DNA of 64,000 nucleotides from an uncultured Nitrospiraceae bacterium (lineage in GTDB: Bacteria; Nitrospirota; Thermodesulfovibrionia; Thermodesulfovibrionales; SM23-35), in the NCBI GenBank assembly GCA_963727775.1, contig CAVSHB010000003.1, positions 512,001-576,000 on the forward strand, given 5' to 3'. The notes beneath the pieces are model-generated. The model saw nothing but the letters and a program-made list of their open reading frames with translations, was not told where the DNA came from and did no database searches. Positions 41,749-52,037 of this stretch are shown one piece after another. Positions within the stretch are counted from its first letter, which is position 1; each line of letters opens with the position of its first letter. A program made the translations under genes and the position numbers.

Positions 41749-42390
41749 ATGACCGATAAAGATAAATGGTTTAATCTCTGGCAGCCCCTTCTTATCGCGA
41801 TTACTGTAGCGGTTATCTCCGGTGTCGTGACTCATTTTATTTCGAAGGACCAGTGGCAATGGCAATTAAACGAAAAGTCCCTTGAAAACCGCTACGAGCT
41901 ACTTAAAGAAACCGCGTCTATATGTTCAAAATACCAAGAGGCGAGGGAAGGCGCGATCAGGTACGCAATTATATTCAAAGTCATGACTCAGGATATCCCT
42001 AAAACAGATACGGAGAAACTGCTGCAGATTGAGAAAAAGATGAATGATTTATATCCAGAAGTATATTCGTCGTATCTTGAAGCTAGCAAAATATTTCCGG
42101 AAATAAAGAGTCAGGTCGAAATAGTGAGAACCTTCTTTGGGCCGAAGACGAACGCAGCGTTAGCGAGGTATGTCAAGGTTACAAGTAAAATGCCGGATGA
42201 ATATTTAGACGAATACATTAAACAGCGAGGAGCTCATCTAAAAAAAGATAAAATCGAATTTGAAATGAAAGAGATTATCAGCAAGGTCGAAGAAGCGATG
42301 GATGCAGCTCTATCTGAACTTCTCGCCTCCATGAGGGAAGAATTAGGTGTGCGCGAGAGCAAACCATGGTGCCGGATCATCCGAGCTTAA
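41749..42390 (+). CDS. hypothetical protein with N-terminal TM helix
   Basis: 213 aa, helical. Confidence 0.65.
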   Translation: MTDKDKWFNLWQPLLIAITVAVISGVVTHFISKDQWQWQLNEKSLENRYELLKETASICSKYQEAREGAIRYAIIFKVMTQDIPKTDTEKLLQIEKKMNDLYPEVYSSYLEASKIFPEIKSQVEIVRTFFGPKTNAALARYVKVTSKMPDEYLDEYIKQRGAHLKKDKIEFEMKEIISKVEEAMDAALSELLASMREELGVRESKPWCRIIRA

Positions 42391-42627
42391 TAGACATTTC
42401 TCCCGTAATCTTTCAGACATTGCGTTTGGTTCTGCCGTAAATCTTCAGTCGCGATCCTTGCTTGATTTTGCGGTGTTGTCGGGTAGAAGTCACCGGCTCA
42501 ATAACTTCCGTAACACGCATAGGCGATTCGCTTATCATCATGGCAGATTTACTCCGGACTCGGTAATTGAATGTACTGTCCAGAGTGTGTTAGGGTAGTT
42601 CGAACGAATTGGAGAAAACTCCTTAAC

Positions 42628-43776
42628 ATGAGATATTTTTCAACGGATGAGTCGATTATAGAACGGGAAATGTCAGTGCTCGCGCTGATTGAAACAGTTC
42701 TCGCAATGTCATTTTCGATCTTTATTGCCATCAAGTATAGAGTCGTGGCTCATATTGTGTTTGGTATATCTATTGCTCCTTTTTTACTACTAAGAACTGA
42801 CATGTCTACAAAGTTAGGAGTTTCTTGGTTCAAAAAAATGTTTTCTTTTGAGAACAAAATAATCAATAAAATACCTGTAAAGGGCACCAATTTATTTTCA
42901 GGTATCATACTATTTCTTTTAATACTTATCTTGGCTGCTGTATCTGCTTTGTTTGTTAGAGTGGTGGCAACGATTGTTACTCTGCTGAAATATCCCGTAG
43001 AAAGTATCACTTCTATTCCTTTAAATTGGTTCACCATAGCACTGGTTATGGACATGAAACATCCGCCTGAATTGTTACCGGGCCTTAATAGATATGGGGA
43101 TGATGCTGAATTGCGTTTTGTAACATGGCCATGGTTTTCTGGGTTATTCAAGGAAATCCTCAAGGGTCCGCCTGACAACAGAGAAACAGCTATAAGAGAA
43201 ACAATTCAATTATCTTTTGTGTCTTTTTTGTTTTACGGTTTTCTATATTTTCCCGCTCTTATTTACCGTTTTTCACTTAAAGCCACTTCGCTGATTTATT
43301 TACCTTTTATTTGGATCATTGGCACCGGAAAGTCTAAAGACAATAATTTGAAATTAGTTTTGGATGATATTATGAAATCTCAGGTGGAGCGAATTAAACG
43401 TCTTTATGCAGTTTTCGTAATAATATTTCTAACTATAATTCCCTTCACGACATCTTTTTATTGGGAAAAAATAAGCGCTAACTGGCAAGGAAAATCTTTT
43501 ATAAAATATTTTTTCCTCATAGACGAAATCGACAGTTGGCATATAACAAGATTCGGTAGTTGCATTATTACATTTCTATTATTTTATTTTGCTGATAAGA
43601 TTAGTATCCGCGTTAATCACTATAATATTTCACGAAGTGAAATAATTAAACTTTTTTTCAGTATGGGATTCCGTATTCGTACTATAATGACCTTGTGGAC
43701 AATAGGCTGTGGGATACATATATTATACTCGTCAGTAGATTGGTCAACATTCCCTAAGATAAGATGGCTTCCTTAA
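42628..43776 (+). CDS. multi-pass membrane protein of unknown function
   Basis: Many hydrophobic segments, AT-rich. Confidence 0.7.
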   Translation: MRYFSTDESIIEREMSVLALIETVLAMSFSIFIAIKYRVVAHIVFGISIAPFLLLRTDMSTKLGVSWFKKMFSFENKIINKIPVKGTNLFSGIILFLLILILAAVSALFVRVVATIVTLLKYPVESITSIPLNWFTIALVMDMKHPPELLPGLNRYGDDAELRFVTWPWFSGLFKEILKGPPDNRETAIRETIQLSFVSFLFYGFLYFPALIYRFSLKATSLIYLPFIWIIGTGKSKDNNLKLVLDDIMKSQVERIKRLYAVFVIIFLTIIPFTTSFYWEKISANWQGKSFIKYFFLIDEIDSWHITRFGSCIITFLLFYFADKISIRVNHYNISRSEIIKLFFSMGFRIRTIMTLWTIGCGIHILYSSVDWSTFPKIRWLP

Positions 43777-44177
43777 AAGTAATGGAAAAATGAGAAGCGG
43801 TACTAAGATGGATAAGACAGCATTACAACGTAAAGTTGTCAACTTTGGCAATGGCTAGCCTGTCCTGGGCAGGCTCTTGCGACTGATCTGCCCTATCGAG
43901 AGTATGCATAGTATATTTCGGAATCAATGCGAAGGTTGATGATCTATGAGGATAAGTTGATGGCTAATTCTTATGAATATAAACCGATCAAATTCTGCGC
44001 TACGCATATCGGGTTCAAACCTTCATTCTTCGCTTTAAATTAGAGTTACCAATACTTACGAATTCGGCTGTAACGAATGTCATGCTGAAATCACAATCCC
44101 GGCAAAACATTAGCTTATTATGATAATATTCCTGCAGATGAATGGAGACTCTGCAATCATTTGGGCAGCTTAATCTT

Positions 44178-46583
44178 ATGGGAACGAGCAAATATAATTT
44201 AGAGCAGCTTGGATGGTTCAACTTTGAGCAGCTTGTCTGCACCCTGTTGCGGCAAATAGTTGGCAATGGAATGTCAACTTTCAGCGGGTCAGTCGACGGA
44301 GGGCGCGATGCCACATTCATTGGCAAAGCCACTTCATATCCTAGTGAGACTGATTGTTGGAATGGGGAGTGGATATTTCAGGTAAAGCACCGTACATACA
44401 GCACCCGCGGGGCAAGTGCAGTCCGAGCAGAACTCAAGAAGGTTCTACCTGCCGAAATTACGCGTATCATCGAGAAACATGACTATGACTGCGACAACTA
44501 TGTAGCGATAACCAACTGCCCGCTCACGGCTCAAGACAAAGACGAAATACGAGAACTGATTTGGGCTGTTGATAACGATCTGAAGAACGTTGCAGTCCTG
44601 GGTGAATCGGACTTGCAGGAGTTGCTCGATTGTCATCCACGCGTCGTGTCTGCATTCCCGCAGATTCTTGGGCTGAGCCAATTACGCGAACTGGTTGAAT
44701 GGGGTCTGCACCGTCGCTCACTTGAGTATCTGCTTGCGGCGCAGGCGGAGATAGCAACATTTGTTGCGACAAACCCGTATCTCAGCGCGATTGATCTATT
44801 GCACAAGCAGCACTTCTGTGTATTGTCAGGTCCTCCCAAGATGGGAAAAACATGCACCGCTTACGCTCTTGCAGCGTCGTTTGCGGCACTGTCCTATGAG
44901 GTATATGACTTACGAAATCAGCGCGACTTCTATGCCGCATATCAAGATAACGCAAAGCAACTGTTCATATGTGATGATGTCTTCGGGGATATTGCCCTAC
45001 AATCAACGCAAAGAGACGATTGGACAAGGGGCTTCCTTCGACTCTTGGGAAGCCTTGACCGTGACCATAAACTGGTGTGGACCGCACGTGAGTATATACT
45101 CAAGGAGGCTCTTTCATCATCACGTCTCAAGGAAGAGCGCCCAGCTCTCGTGAGAACAGACACAGTGACTGTTGCCGTCGATCGCCTCTCGCGATTGGAA
45201 AAGGCCATGATCCTTTACAACCATGCACGGGTGGCAAATCTTCCTTCAGATGTACGCGAATTCCTTCGCGGGAAAGCATGCCTCTCTATTACGGATCATC
45301 CCAACTACTCGCCTGAATCGATCAGGCAGTTGTGTACAGGTCGTCTTGTATCATTTTCTGAGTCCTCCGGTGGCGACCAAAAAACGCTCGCGAGTCAAGT
45401 CGCTGCATTTCTCTCCTCACCCGGCGATGCATGGAAGGCGGCATATCTTGCTGCAACAGCAGGCGAACGACTTCTTTGCACTGAGGTGATGGCTGCGGGG
45501 GGATCCATTCAAATGTCTCAATTACAGAAGAGGTATGAGAATGCAGTGCTTGGTGCACCGGGGTCATATAACTCCTTTGACACGAGTTTTTCCAATGCTC
45601 ACGGAACGTTCTTGCGCCGAAGAGCCCTTCGACCAGGAGACGATCTTGTTCAGTTCTATCATCCCAGTATGCGTGATCTACTCAGTGAGTTGATTCAAAC
45701 GGATAGAGCGACTCGAATTGCGTACTTGAAGCAACTGGCGCTCAAAGAGTTGCCTGCAATTGCTCGGCCCTTGCGTAATACATCTTCTGGAGGATCAGAA
45801 GAGCATCGAATATCCATAACTGACATGGCCGATATTGAGGCACTGCGAGACCACCTGCATGAAGTACTTCTGCCCACGGCTGAGCTCTCGGACGCTCTTG
45901 CTGTTGTCACCGACCTTCATAACACTCTGATCCAAGGTAATGCAGCAACCGTAGGGAGAGCAGTAAGGGAGTCGCCTGACTATGGAAAGATATTCTGGAT
46001 GATTCTCGATTCTGTTGTCCCTTTTGTCTGCTCCCGACAGTTCTGGCAGAGGAATGCGGAGGTCGTATTTAGCCGCTATTGGCGCAGACTGTTTGAAGTT
46101 CTGCGCACTCTACTTCCGCTGGCATCTGTCGCAATAACCCCAGAGTATGTTCCAGAACTTCTTAGGAGATGCAGGGATGAGGGGTCTGTAGACTCTTGGG
46201 GTCTGATAGCAGCAGCACATGCAATTGTGCCAACTGTTGTTGAACAGTGCGTGGATATGCGAGAGCGGGAGACATGCAGGGTTTATCTTGTTGAGACCGT
46301 GAAACAGGCGATCCGTGAATCTGAATCACTGGATCTTGCCTCTGATTACAACGACTCGCAGCAATGGCATGATGAATATCAGTCGATTCCCGATGATTGC
46401 GAGGACTACGCCGGTCTTTTCCCAGATGATGAGGAAATCCCAGAAGTGGATGAATTGGCTCAATTGATCGAAGAGTATCCTCGTCTCGAAGATCAATCGG
46501 ATGAAGAACAAGACTACACTTCGTTGCGATCTTCCTCAACGTCATCAGATGGCGACATTCAACAGATATTCTCAGATCTGTAG
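44178..46583 (+). CDS. Mrr-like nuclease fused to STAND (nSTAND3-like) NTPase
   Basis: FEQL, DGGRD, QVKH; Walker A GPPKMGKT, Walker B ICDDVFG, WTAREYI. Confidence 0.78.
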   Translation: MGTSKYNLEQLGWFNFEQLVCTLLRQIVGNGMSTFSGSVDGGRDATFIGKATSYPSETDCWNGEWIFQVKHRTYSTRGASAVRAELKKVLPAEITRIIEKHDYDCDNYVAITNCPLTAQDKDEIRELIWAVDNDLKNVAVLGESDLQELLDCHPRVVSAFPQILGLSQLRELVEWGLHRRSLEYLLAAQAEIATFVATNPYLSAIDLLHKQHFCVLSGPPKMGKTCTAYALAASFAALSYEVYDLRNQRDFYAAYQDNAKQLFICDDVFGDIALQSTQRDDWTRGFLRLLGSLDRDHKLVWTAREYILKEALSSSRLKEERPALVRTDTVTVAVDRLSRLEKAMILYNHARVANLPSDVREFLRGKACLSITDHPNYSPESIRQLCTGRLVSFSESSGGDQKTLASQVAAFLSSPGDAWKAAYLAATAGERLLCTEVMAAGGSIQMSQLQKRYENAVLGAPGSYNSFDTSFSNAHGTFLRRRALRPGDDLVQFYHPSMRDLLSELIQTDRATRIAYLKQLALKELPAIARPLRNTSSGGSEEHRISITDMADIEALRDHLHEVLLPTAELSDALAVVTDLHNTLIQGNAATVGRAVRESPDYGKIFWMILDSVVPFVCSRQFWQRNAEVVFSRYWRRLFEVLRTLLPLASVAITPEYVPELLRRCRDEGSVDSWGLIAAAHAIVPTVVEQCVDMRERETCRVYLVETVKQAIRESESLDLASDYNDSQQWHDEYQSIPDDCEDYAGLFPDDEEIPEVDELAQLIEEYPRLEDQSDEEQDYTSLRSSSTSSDGDIQQIFSDL

Positions 46584-46986
46584 TTCCTATAAATAATGTA
46601 AGGTAACCGAAAGAATGGTGTCGGGGTAAGAGTTGTTCGGATGTTACGCCCTGGTGGGTATAAGTAGTCTGTTTCTTGAATCGTAACGAATGCGCATAGA
46701 TTGGGGCGCGGTCAATTCTTGTTTGTACTCCGCAGATTGGCAAGTCTTTTCAGAAGTCTCAGTTACTGTGAGAAATTTTTTTTGTTCAGTCCACCTGAAA
46801 CTCCGCAGCTGCGAGAAAACAAAAAAATAGAAAAGTTCTCCCCGAAACACGCAGCATGCAATTTCTGGAATCAGAGTGTCCTATTCATCGAACGCAGTCG
46901 CCAACTCCCGTCGGAGTGTGAGGGTTTCTTTGCAAAATTGATAAACTGAAGATCATCAGACTTTCCAAAGTCGCAACACAAAAGAC

Positions 46987-48330
46987 TCATTTCCCTCTCA
47001 TTCTGCTTATCAGTTTGGCTATTCCGCCGATAAGGCTTTTTGGCCTGAGTTTAACCTCTATCGCATCGATATCTTCCATGACGCCGTCTCTGTCCACGAT
47101 GAAAGAGGCTGATTTTGCAATGGACAATACCTGGCTGGGATAGACACTTCTATGTCCCGTCATCAGAAAGCTTATGACACACGCTATTGCCGCATAAGGA
47201 GCCACCTGAGCTCCGAAAAGCTCCACAGCCATTAAACTTGCAGAAATCGGCGTATTCGCTGCACCTGCGAGGAGACTGACCATTCCTATTGCAGAAAATA
47301 TGTTTGGATCAAGCCCGAAGATCCTGCCAAAGAAGCTGCCGGAAGTAGATCCTATAAAAAAGATAGGCGTCACTATGCCACCGCTTCCGCCGAAATTAAG
47401 GGTAATCGAAGTAAATACCATTTTATAGAGGAAGGCTAACGCGGGAACCTCTCGACCTTCAAGGGCGCCTTTAATTGTATCCAGTCCAAGGCCTAAGTAT
47501 TGTGGAGACAGCAGAAACGTCAGCAATACAAGGACACCACCTCCCAATATTCCCTTATATGGCATCCATATTTTTATTCTCCTGCTCAGATTCATAGAAT
47601 ACTTCAAAATTTCAATGAACAGGAAAGAATAGAGTCCGAAAAATATGCCGCTTAAGCACACCTTAATAAAGAAAAGGCTACTAAAGACAGGGACAAAGTT
47701 TAGTTGGTGGTAGAAATAAGTTATTCCCAAACCGGAAGAAACTTGATAGCCCACAATACCTGCAACAAATGCTGGGAGTAGCACTTCGTACATCAAGCCG
47801 CCAACAAAGAGTACTTCAACGCCGAAAATGGCACCTGCGATAGGTGTCCCGAATACAGTGGCAAAACCCGCACTGATGCCGCATATAACCAGCTTCTTGC
47901 GGTCTCTGTTCCCAAACCTGAACAGGTCAGCAAATGCCGATGCAAGCCCTGCGCCTATTTGTGCACAAGGACCCTCCTTCCCTGCGGACCCACCAAGTGC
48001 AATTGTTATAATCGTCGCTATAAGCTTTATCGGGACAACAAGCGGATTTATTTTCCCGGAACGTTTATGTACCGCTTCTATTACTTTTTCCGTACCATGT
48101 CCTTCTGCTTCGGGGGCAAGATATTTTACAATTAGACTGCTAAGGAATAACGCTGCTGGAAGCAAGATAAAATAAAATTTATAGCCGCTCGTAAATGTTA
48201 TACCGAGACCTAATAGTTTCAGAAATATTGCTGTTGATAAGCCAACAATAACCCCTATACACGACGCCAGGATTACCCACTTGCTGACGCTGATAAATAG
48301 TATCGAACCTTCTATAACTCTTCTTTTCAT
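46987..48330 (-). CDS. CLC-family chloride channel/transporter
   Basis: GHGTE, GKEGP, GIVTP signature motifs. Confidence 0.92.
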   Translation of the reverse strand: MKRRVIEGSILFISVSKWVILASCIGVIVGLSTAIFLKLLGLGITFTSGYKFYFILLPAALFLSSLIVKYLAPEAEGHGTEKVIEAVHKRSGKINPLVVPIKLIATIITIALGGSAGKEGPCAQIGAGLASAFADLFRFGNRDRKKLVICGISAGFATVFGTPIAGAIFGVEVLFVGGLMYEVLLPAFVAGIVGYQVSSGLGITYFYHQLNFVPVFSSLFFIKVCLSGIFFGLYSFLFIEILKYSMNLSRRIKIWMPYKGILGGGVLVLLTFLLSPQYLGLGLDTIKGALEGREVPALAFLYKMVFTSITLNFGGSGGIVTPIFFIGSTSGSFFGRIFGLDPNIFSAIGMVSLLAGAANTPISASLMAVELFGAQVAPYAAIACVISFLMTGHRSVYPSQVLSIAKSASFIVDRDGVMEDIDAIEVKLRPKSLIGGIAKLISRMRGK

Positions 48331-48720
48331 TTAGTACAATTTCTGTCAAACATTATATCTTGCAGTTTGCATTTCCTCGCCGCATTAGATTGTTTGCGCA
48401 CACTTCCCTATGTGTAAAATTACTTTAATAATAATTTGTGAAAAGCACATTTCTACAGTATAGTTCTGTTAACCAAACTATTTTGACATTATTTTCGAGA
48501 TAATAGCATAAATATAGTGACTTCCATTTTGTTCCATGCGCACTCTTAACAAAGAGCTTGCCTCATTAACCCTTGTTAGACATCAGCTGGCCATATTTCC
48601 ATTAGATAGGGCATCTTTCCTTGCTTGTGAAGCTTTCTGTTACCGAGGTTTCCATTAATTTCAAGAAGTTACATATTGGTACCCTTCTTGCTGTTGGAAA
48701 TGCCGAAGGGGGGTGAAAAA

Positions 48721-48896
48721 ATGGCAAGAATATTACGTTGCTCTGACATGGGAGTTAAATGCGACTGGGTCAGTCGTGCAGCAACAGACGATGAGCTTTT
48801 AAGTTAGCAACAAAACATGCTGCGGATGTACACGGGATGAAAGAGATTCCAAAGGAGGTATGGGCTAAAGCGAAGGCAGTTATTAAAGATGAATAG
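48721..48896 (+). pseudogene. DUF1059-like small metal-binding protein, frameshifted
   Basis: C.DMG..C...A..DDEL then shifted HA..VHGM.EI. Confidence 0.7.
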
Positions 48897-49075
48897 AGAC
48901 AATGGGGAGAGAATCAATTAAGTGATATCTAGCATCAGAAGTAGATAAAAGTGCAAAGGAGCGCTTGCTGCAGCAGTAAAAAAGGTTTGGCTTTGAGAAA
49001 ACTTTGAGTGGGTTGAAATTCAAACATTTAGGGTCTTGTAAACAACTTAAATTATTCAGTCAAAGGAGATTTAGT

Positions 49076-49570
49076 ATGAAAAAAGCATTTTTATTGATTG
49101 CGATTACCATGTTCCTGACTTTCTCGTTAGCAATTAACTTTGCCCAGGCCGCAGACCAGATGATGGAAAAAGGCGGCATGATGAAAGATGGCATGATGGG
49201 TAAAGACATGATGATGGAAAAAGGACAGATGATGATGGACAAAGGCAAGATGATGATGGACAAGGGCAGTATGATGAAAGACGGCAAGATGGATAAGGAT
49301 GCGATGATGAAGCAAGGCGAAATGATGATGGAAGATGGCGAAATGATGACGAAGGAAAGCGGCATGATGATGGAAAACAAGAAAATGAAGCGGCACGGAA
49401 AGATGATGAAGAAGAGCGGGGACATGATGATGAAAGACGGAACTATGATGAAGGAAGGCAAGATGGATAAGAATATGATGATGAAAGAAGGTGGCATGAT
49501 GATGAAACAAGGCGAGATGATGATGAAGCAAGGCCAGAAGATGATGGATAAAGCCCAAAAGATGAAATAA
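49076..49570 (+). CDS. secreted methionine-rich protein
   Basis: AGGAG RBS, signal peptide ending AQA, mature part about one third Met in MM(M)KxG repeats. Confidence 0.88.
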   Translation: MKKAFLLIAITMFLTFSLAINFAQAADQMMEKGGMMKDGMMGKDMMMEKGQMMMDKGKMMMDKGSMMKDGKMDKDAMMKQGEMMMEDGEMMTKESGMMMENKKMKRHGKMMKKSGDMMMKDGTMMKEGKMDKNMMMKEGGMMMKQGEMMMKQGQKMMDKAQKMK

Positions 49571-49779
49571 GCTCGTGATTAAGTCTCTGAAGAAATATTA
49601 AAAGATTTCAATAGAGCAGGTTCTGATTTCGGGTACCCGAACCCCACTCACTCAAAGCAGGAGAGGGAGAGACTGGACAAAGTCCTCCCCTCCAAATATT
49701 ATTCCGGCCATATTGACTAAATTGAATTATATGAGAAAATTATATCATGAGGGGCTAATTATTAGGAATGTTGATCTTC

Positions 49780-49975
49780 ATTTATTTATAAGCAAAACCA
49801 CTGACAATGTCAGTGGTGGGGCGTGGGGGCGAAGGCTCCACACCTTTGGCGAACCGACGAGGTCGGTGAGCCTAATATGGAATTAATGACAACTCCTTAA
49901 TCAGGCGAGGCGGAGGACATTGTCCGTAGTCTCGCCGCACTGCAAGCCACCGACAAGGTCGGTGGTAGTTGACTA
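49780..49975 (+). mobile_element. IS200/IS605-type non-autonomous element, copy 1
   Basis: 196 bp identical to 60369-60564; subterminal hairpins; ends GGTAGTTGAC. Confidence 0.75.
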
Positions 49976-50013
49976 CTTATGACACTCAAAAGGAAAAATA
50001 AAGGAGGTATCAA

Positions 50014-50571
50014 ATGAAATACTCGACCTTATTACGAGCGCTCTTGCTTTCCGGACTCATTACCGGTGGTATCGTCTTTTCAGGCTGCATAGGAAAGTCG
50101 GATGGGGCTCACAGCGTATCAGCGCCGGGTCCGATCAAGGTCTATTCTGCAGAAAAAGGGGGCTACGTCATGAGCGAAACTGATAATAAGAGCAATGAAG
50201 AATGGAAAAAACTGCTGACACCCGAACAGTATCACATCCTGCGGGAAAAGGGAACCGAGCGGGCATTTTCCGGAAAATACGCAGACTTCCACGAGCATGG
50301 TATTTATCGTTGCGCGGCCTGCGAGCTAGACCTGTTCAGGTCGGAAGACAAATTTGAGTCCGGTACCGGATGGCCAAGCTTCACGGCACCTATCGCCGCG
50401 GAGAACATTATCACCAAACCGGACAATACTCTTTTCAGTCATCGTACAGAAGTACTTTGCCATCGCTGCGGCAGCCATCTCGGCCATGTTTTTGACGATG
50501 GTCCCAAACCGACAGGGCTGCGCTACTGCATGAATTCGGCTGCCCTGCAATTCGTGGCAACCAAGAAATGA
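50014..50571 (+). CDS. msrB: peptide-methionine (R)-S-oxide reductase, predicted lipoprotein
   Basis: GTERAF, CAAC/CHRC, GWPSF, HLGHVF, RYCMN; lipobox FSGC. Confidence 0.95.
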   Translation: MKYSTLLRALLLSGLITGGIVFSGCIGKSDGAHSVSAPGPIKVYSAEKGGYVMSETDNKSNEEWKKLLTPEQYHILREKGTERAFSGKYADFHEHGIYRCAACELDLFRSEDKFESGTGWPSFTAPIAAENIITKPDNTLFSHRTEVLCHRCGSHLGHVFDDGPKPTGLRYCMNSAALQFVATKK

Positions 50572-50595
50572 TTCATCTGTCAGAGAGGAGGCATA

Positions 50596-51204
50596 ATGAA
50601 AATGCTAATTACAGCGATGTTGGGACTTTCAGTCATCCTCATCGCAACTACCACAGTCATGGCTGCACCTAATCTTAAAAAGGCAACTTTTGCGGGAGGT
50701 TGCTTCTGGTGTATGGAGCACCCCTTCGATGAGATTCCCGGCGTGGTTTCGGTAACATCCGGCTACACTGGCGGGCAGAAAAAGAACCCTACCTACGAAG
50801 AGGTTTCGGCCGGAGGAACGGGGCACGCCGAGTCGGTCCAGGTCGTCTATGACCCGGAACGCGTCAGTTATGAGAAGCTCCTAAATGTCTTTTGGCACAA
50901 CATCGACCCGACCGCTAAGGACCGGCAGTTCTGTGATTCCGGGCATCAGTATCGAAGTGCTATTTTTTATCATTCTGAGGAACAGCACGAGCAGGCTCTG
51001 CAGTCGAAGGCACTATTGGAAAAGAACAAGCCCTTCAAAGAACCAATCGTAACCGAGATTGTTCAGGCCACCGAGTTCTACCCGGCAGAGGATTACCACC
51101 AACACTATTACAAGAAGAACCCGATCCGATACAAATACTACCGTTTTAGATGTGGTCGTGACCAAAGACTTAAGGAGCTGTGGGGCAATGCTGCAGGGCA
51201 TTGA
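50596..51204 (+). CDS. msrA: peptide-methionine (S)-S-oxide reductase with signal peptide
   Basis: GCFWC, GYTGG, GHAE, AEDYHQ.Y. Confidence 0.96.
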   Translation: MKMLITAMLGLSVILIATTTVMAAPNLKKATFAGGCFWCMEHPFDEIPGVVSVTSGYTGGQKKNPTYEEVSAGGTGHAESVQVVYDPERVSYEKLLNVFWHNIDPTAKDRQFCDSGHQYRSAIFYHSEEQHEQALQSKALLEKNKPFKEPIVTEIVQATEFYPAEDYHQHYYKKNPIRYKYYRFRCGRDQRLKELWGNAAGH

Positions 51205-51218
51205 TGGGATAGAATGAT

Positions 51219-51518
51219 ATGAAGAACCGAGTAACTCAGTCTTTGACTCTTTTTGTTTTGATGCTGTTTCTCTTTTCAGGTTATGGGGTTTCTCTCGCAC
51301 AAGATGCTAAAACATCCGAGGTTATGTTCTATGTGAAATGATTTGACGTTGGCAAGGAGGCCCTGGAAGGGCTGAAGGGAGTGAAGAGAGTTGAAAAAGG
51401 CTTTCGCAACTTTAAAGAGATAAATACTGTTTATTATGATCCAGCAGTGATTACGATTGAAGAAATGGAAATAGCCTTAAAGAAGGCAACTACTTACCTG
51501 GAACAGTTAAGTAGTTAA
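51219..51518 (+). CDS. secreted mini-MsrA/HMA-like protein with in-frame TGA (candidate selenoprotein)
   Basis: 99 codons, TGA at codon 41 (51339-51341) aligns with MsrA catalytic Cys; hairpin at 51359-51373. Confidence 0.7.
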
Positions 51519-51559
51519 TAACGTAACTGTTCTCAATACAGGGTTAAATTCGCTCATAT

Positions 51560-51706
51560 CCGTGAACTTTACCGACTTGTCATGAGGAACAATAAGAGAG
51601 ACCATGCCGCGCTCGACCAGTTCCTCCAGAGCACTGAGCACCGGCATCTGCTTCTGATCCTTCGCGATGTCGAGCCAAACGCAGGTGTCGACAAGTATTT
51701 TAAATA
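51560..51706 (-). pseudogene. PIN-domain N-terminal remnant
   Basis: FKILVDTCVWLDIAKD...LEELV...LIVP; ATA at start position, truncated. Confidence 0.55.
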
Positions 51707-52037
51707 TGCTATTTAGTCCAAGATGCCTGAAGTACCTTGCGGCGACATGCCTGCCCCGGGGCCAACAAATGTATCATTTTGCTCATCTTCAGAATATTAT
51801 CATATCAAGTCCTTTTTTATAAAACTGTAGTTCTTTTTTCGCCCCAGTCATGACTTCCGCTTGCACCCCTCATACAGGCCAGGATGCAATGCGCTGATGA
51901 CAACTCTGAGGAGGTCGCAGTGCGATGACCACTTCCACCTGAAAACCCGCATCGTGGACATCGTGCCAAATATGTTGGGTTCCGAAAATAACTGTTACCA
52001 CAGTCCCAAACCCTTTGCTTGAACTGAAAATGGCGTT

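Noticed and set aside
44178..46583. Assignment as Avs4
   Set aside because: Much shorter than Avs4 and no evident TPR sensor; left as generic nuclease-STAND.
46987..48330. Fluoride-specific CLC-F
   Set aside because: Motifs are GHGTE/GKEGP/GIVTP, not the GNNLI/GREGT/GEVTP set.
49060..49558. His-rich and Ile-rich minus-strand ORFs
   Set aside because: Antisense shadows of the ATG-rich Met-repeat gene, which has an RBS and signal peptide.
49140..49560. CRISPR or DNA tandem repeat array
   Set aside because: Repetition is coding low complexity; no repeat-spacer array was seen anywhere in the window.
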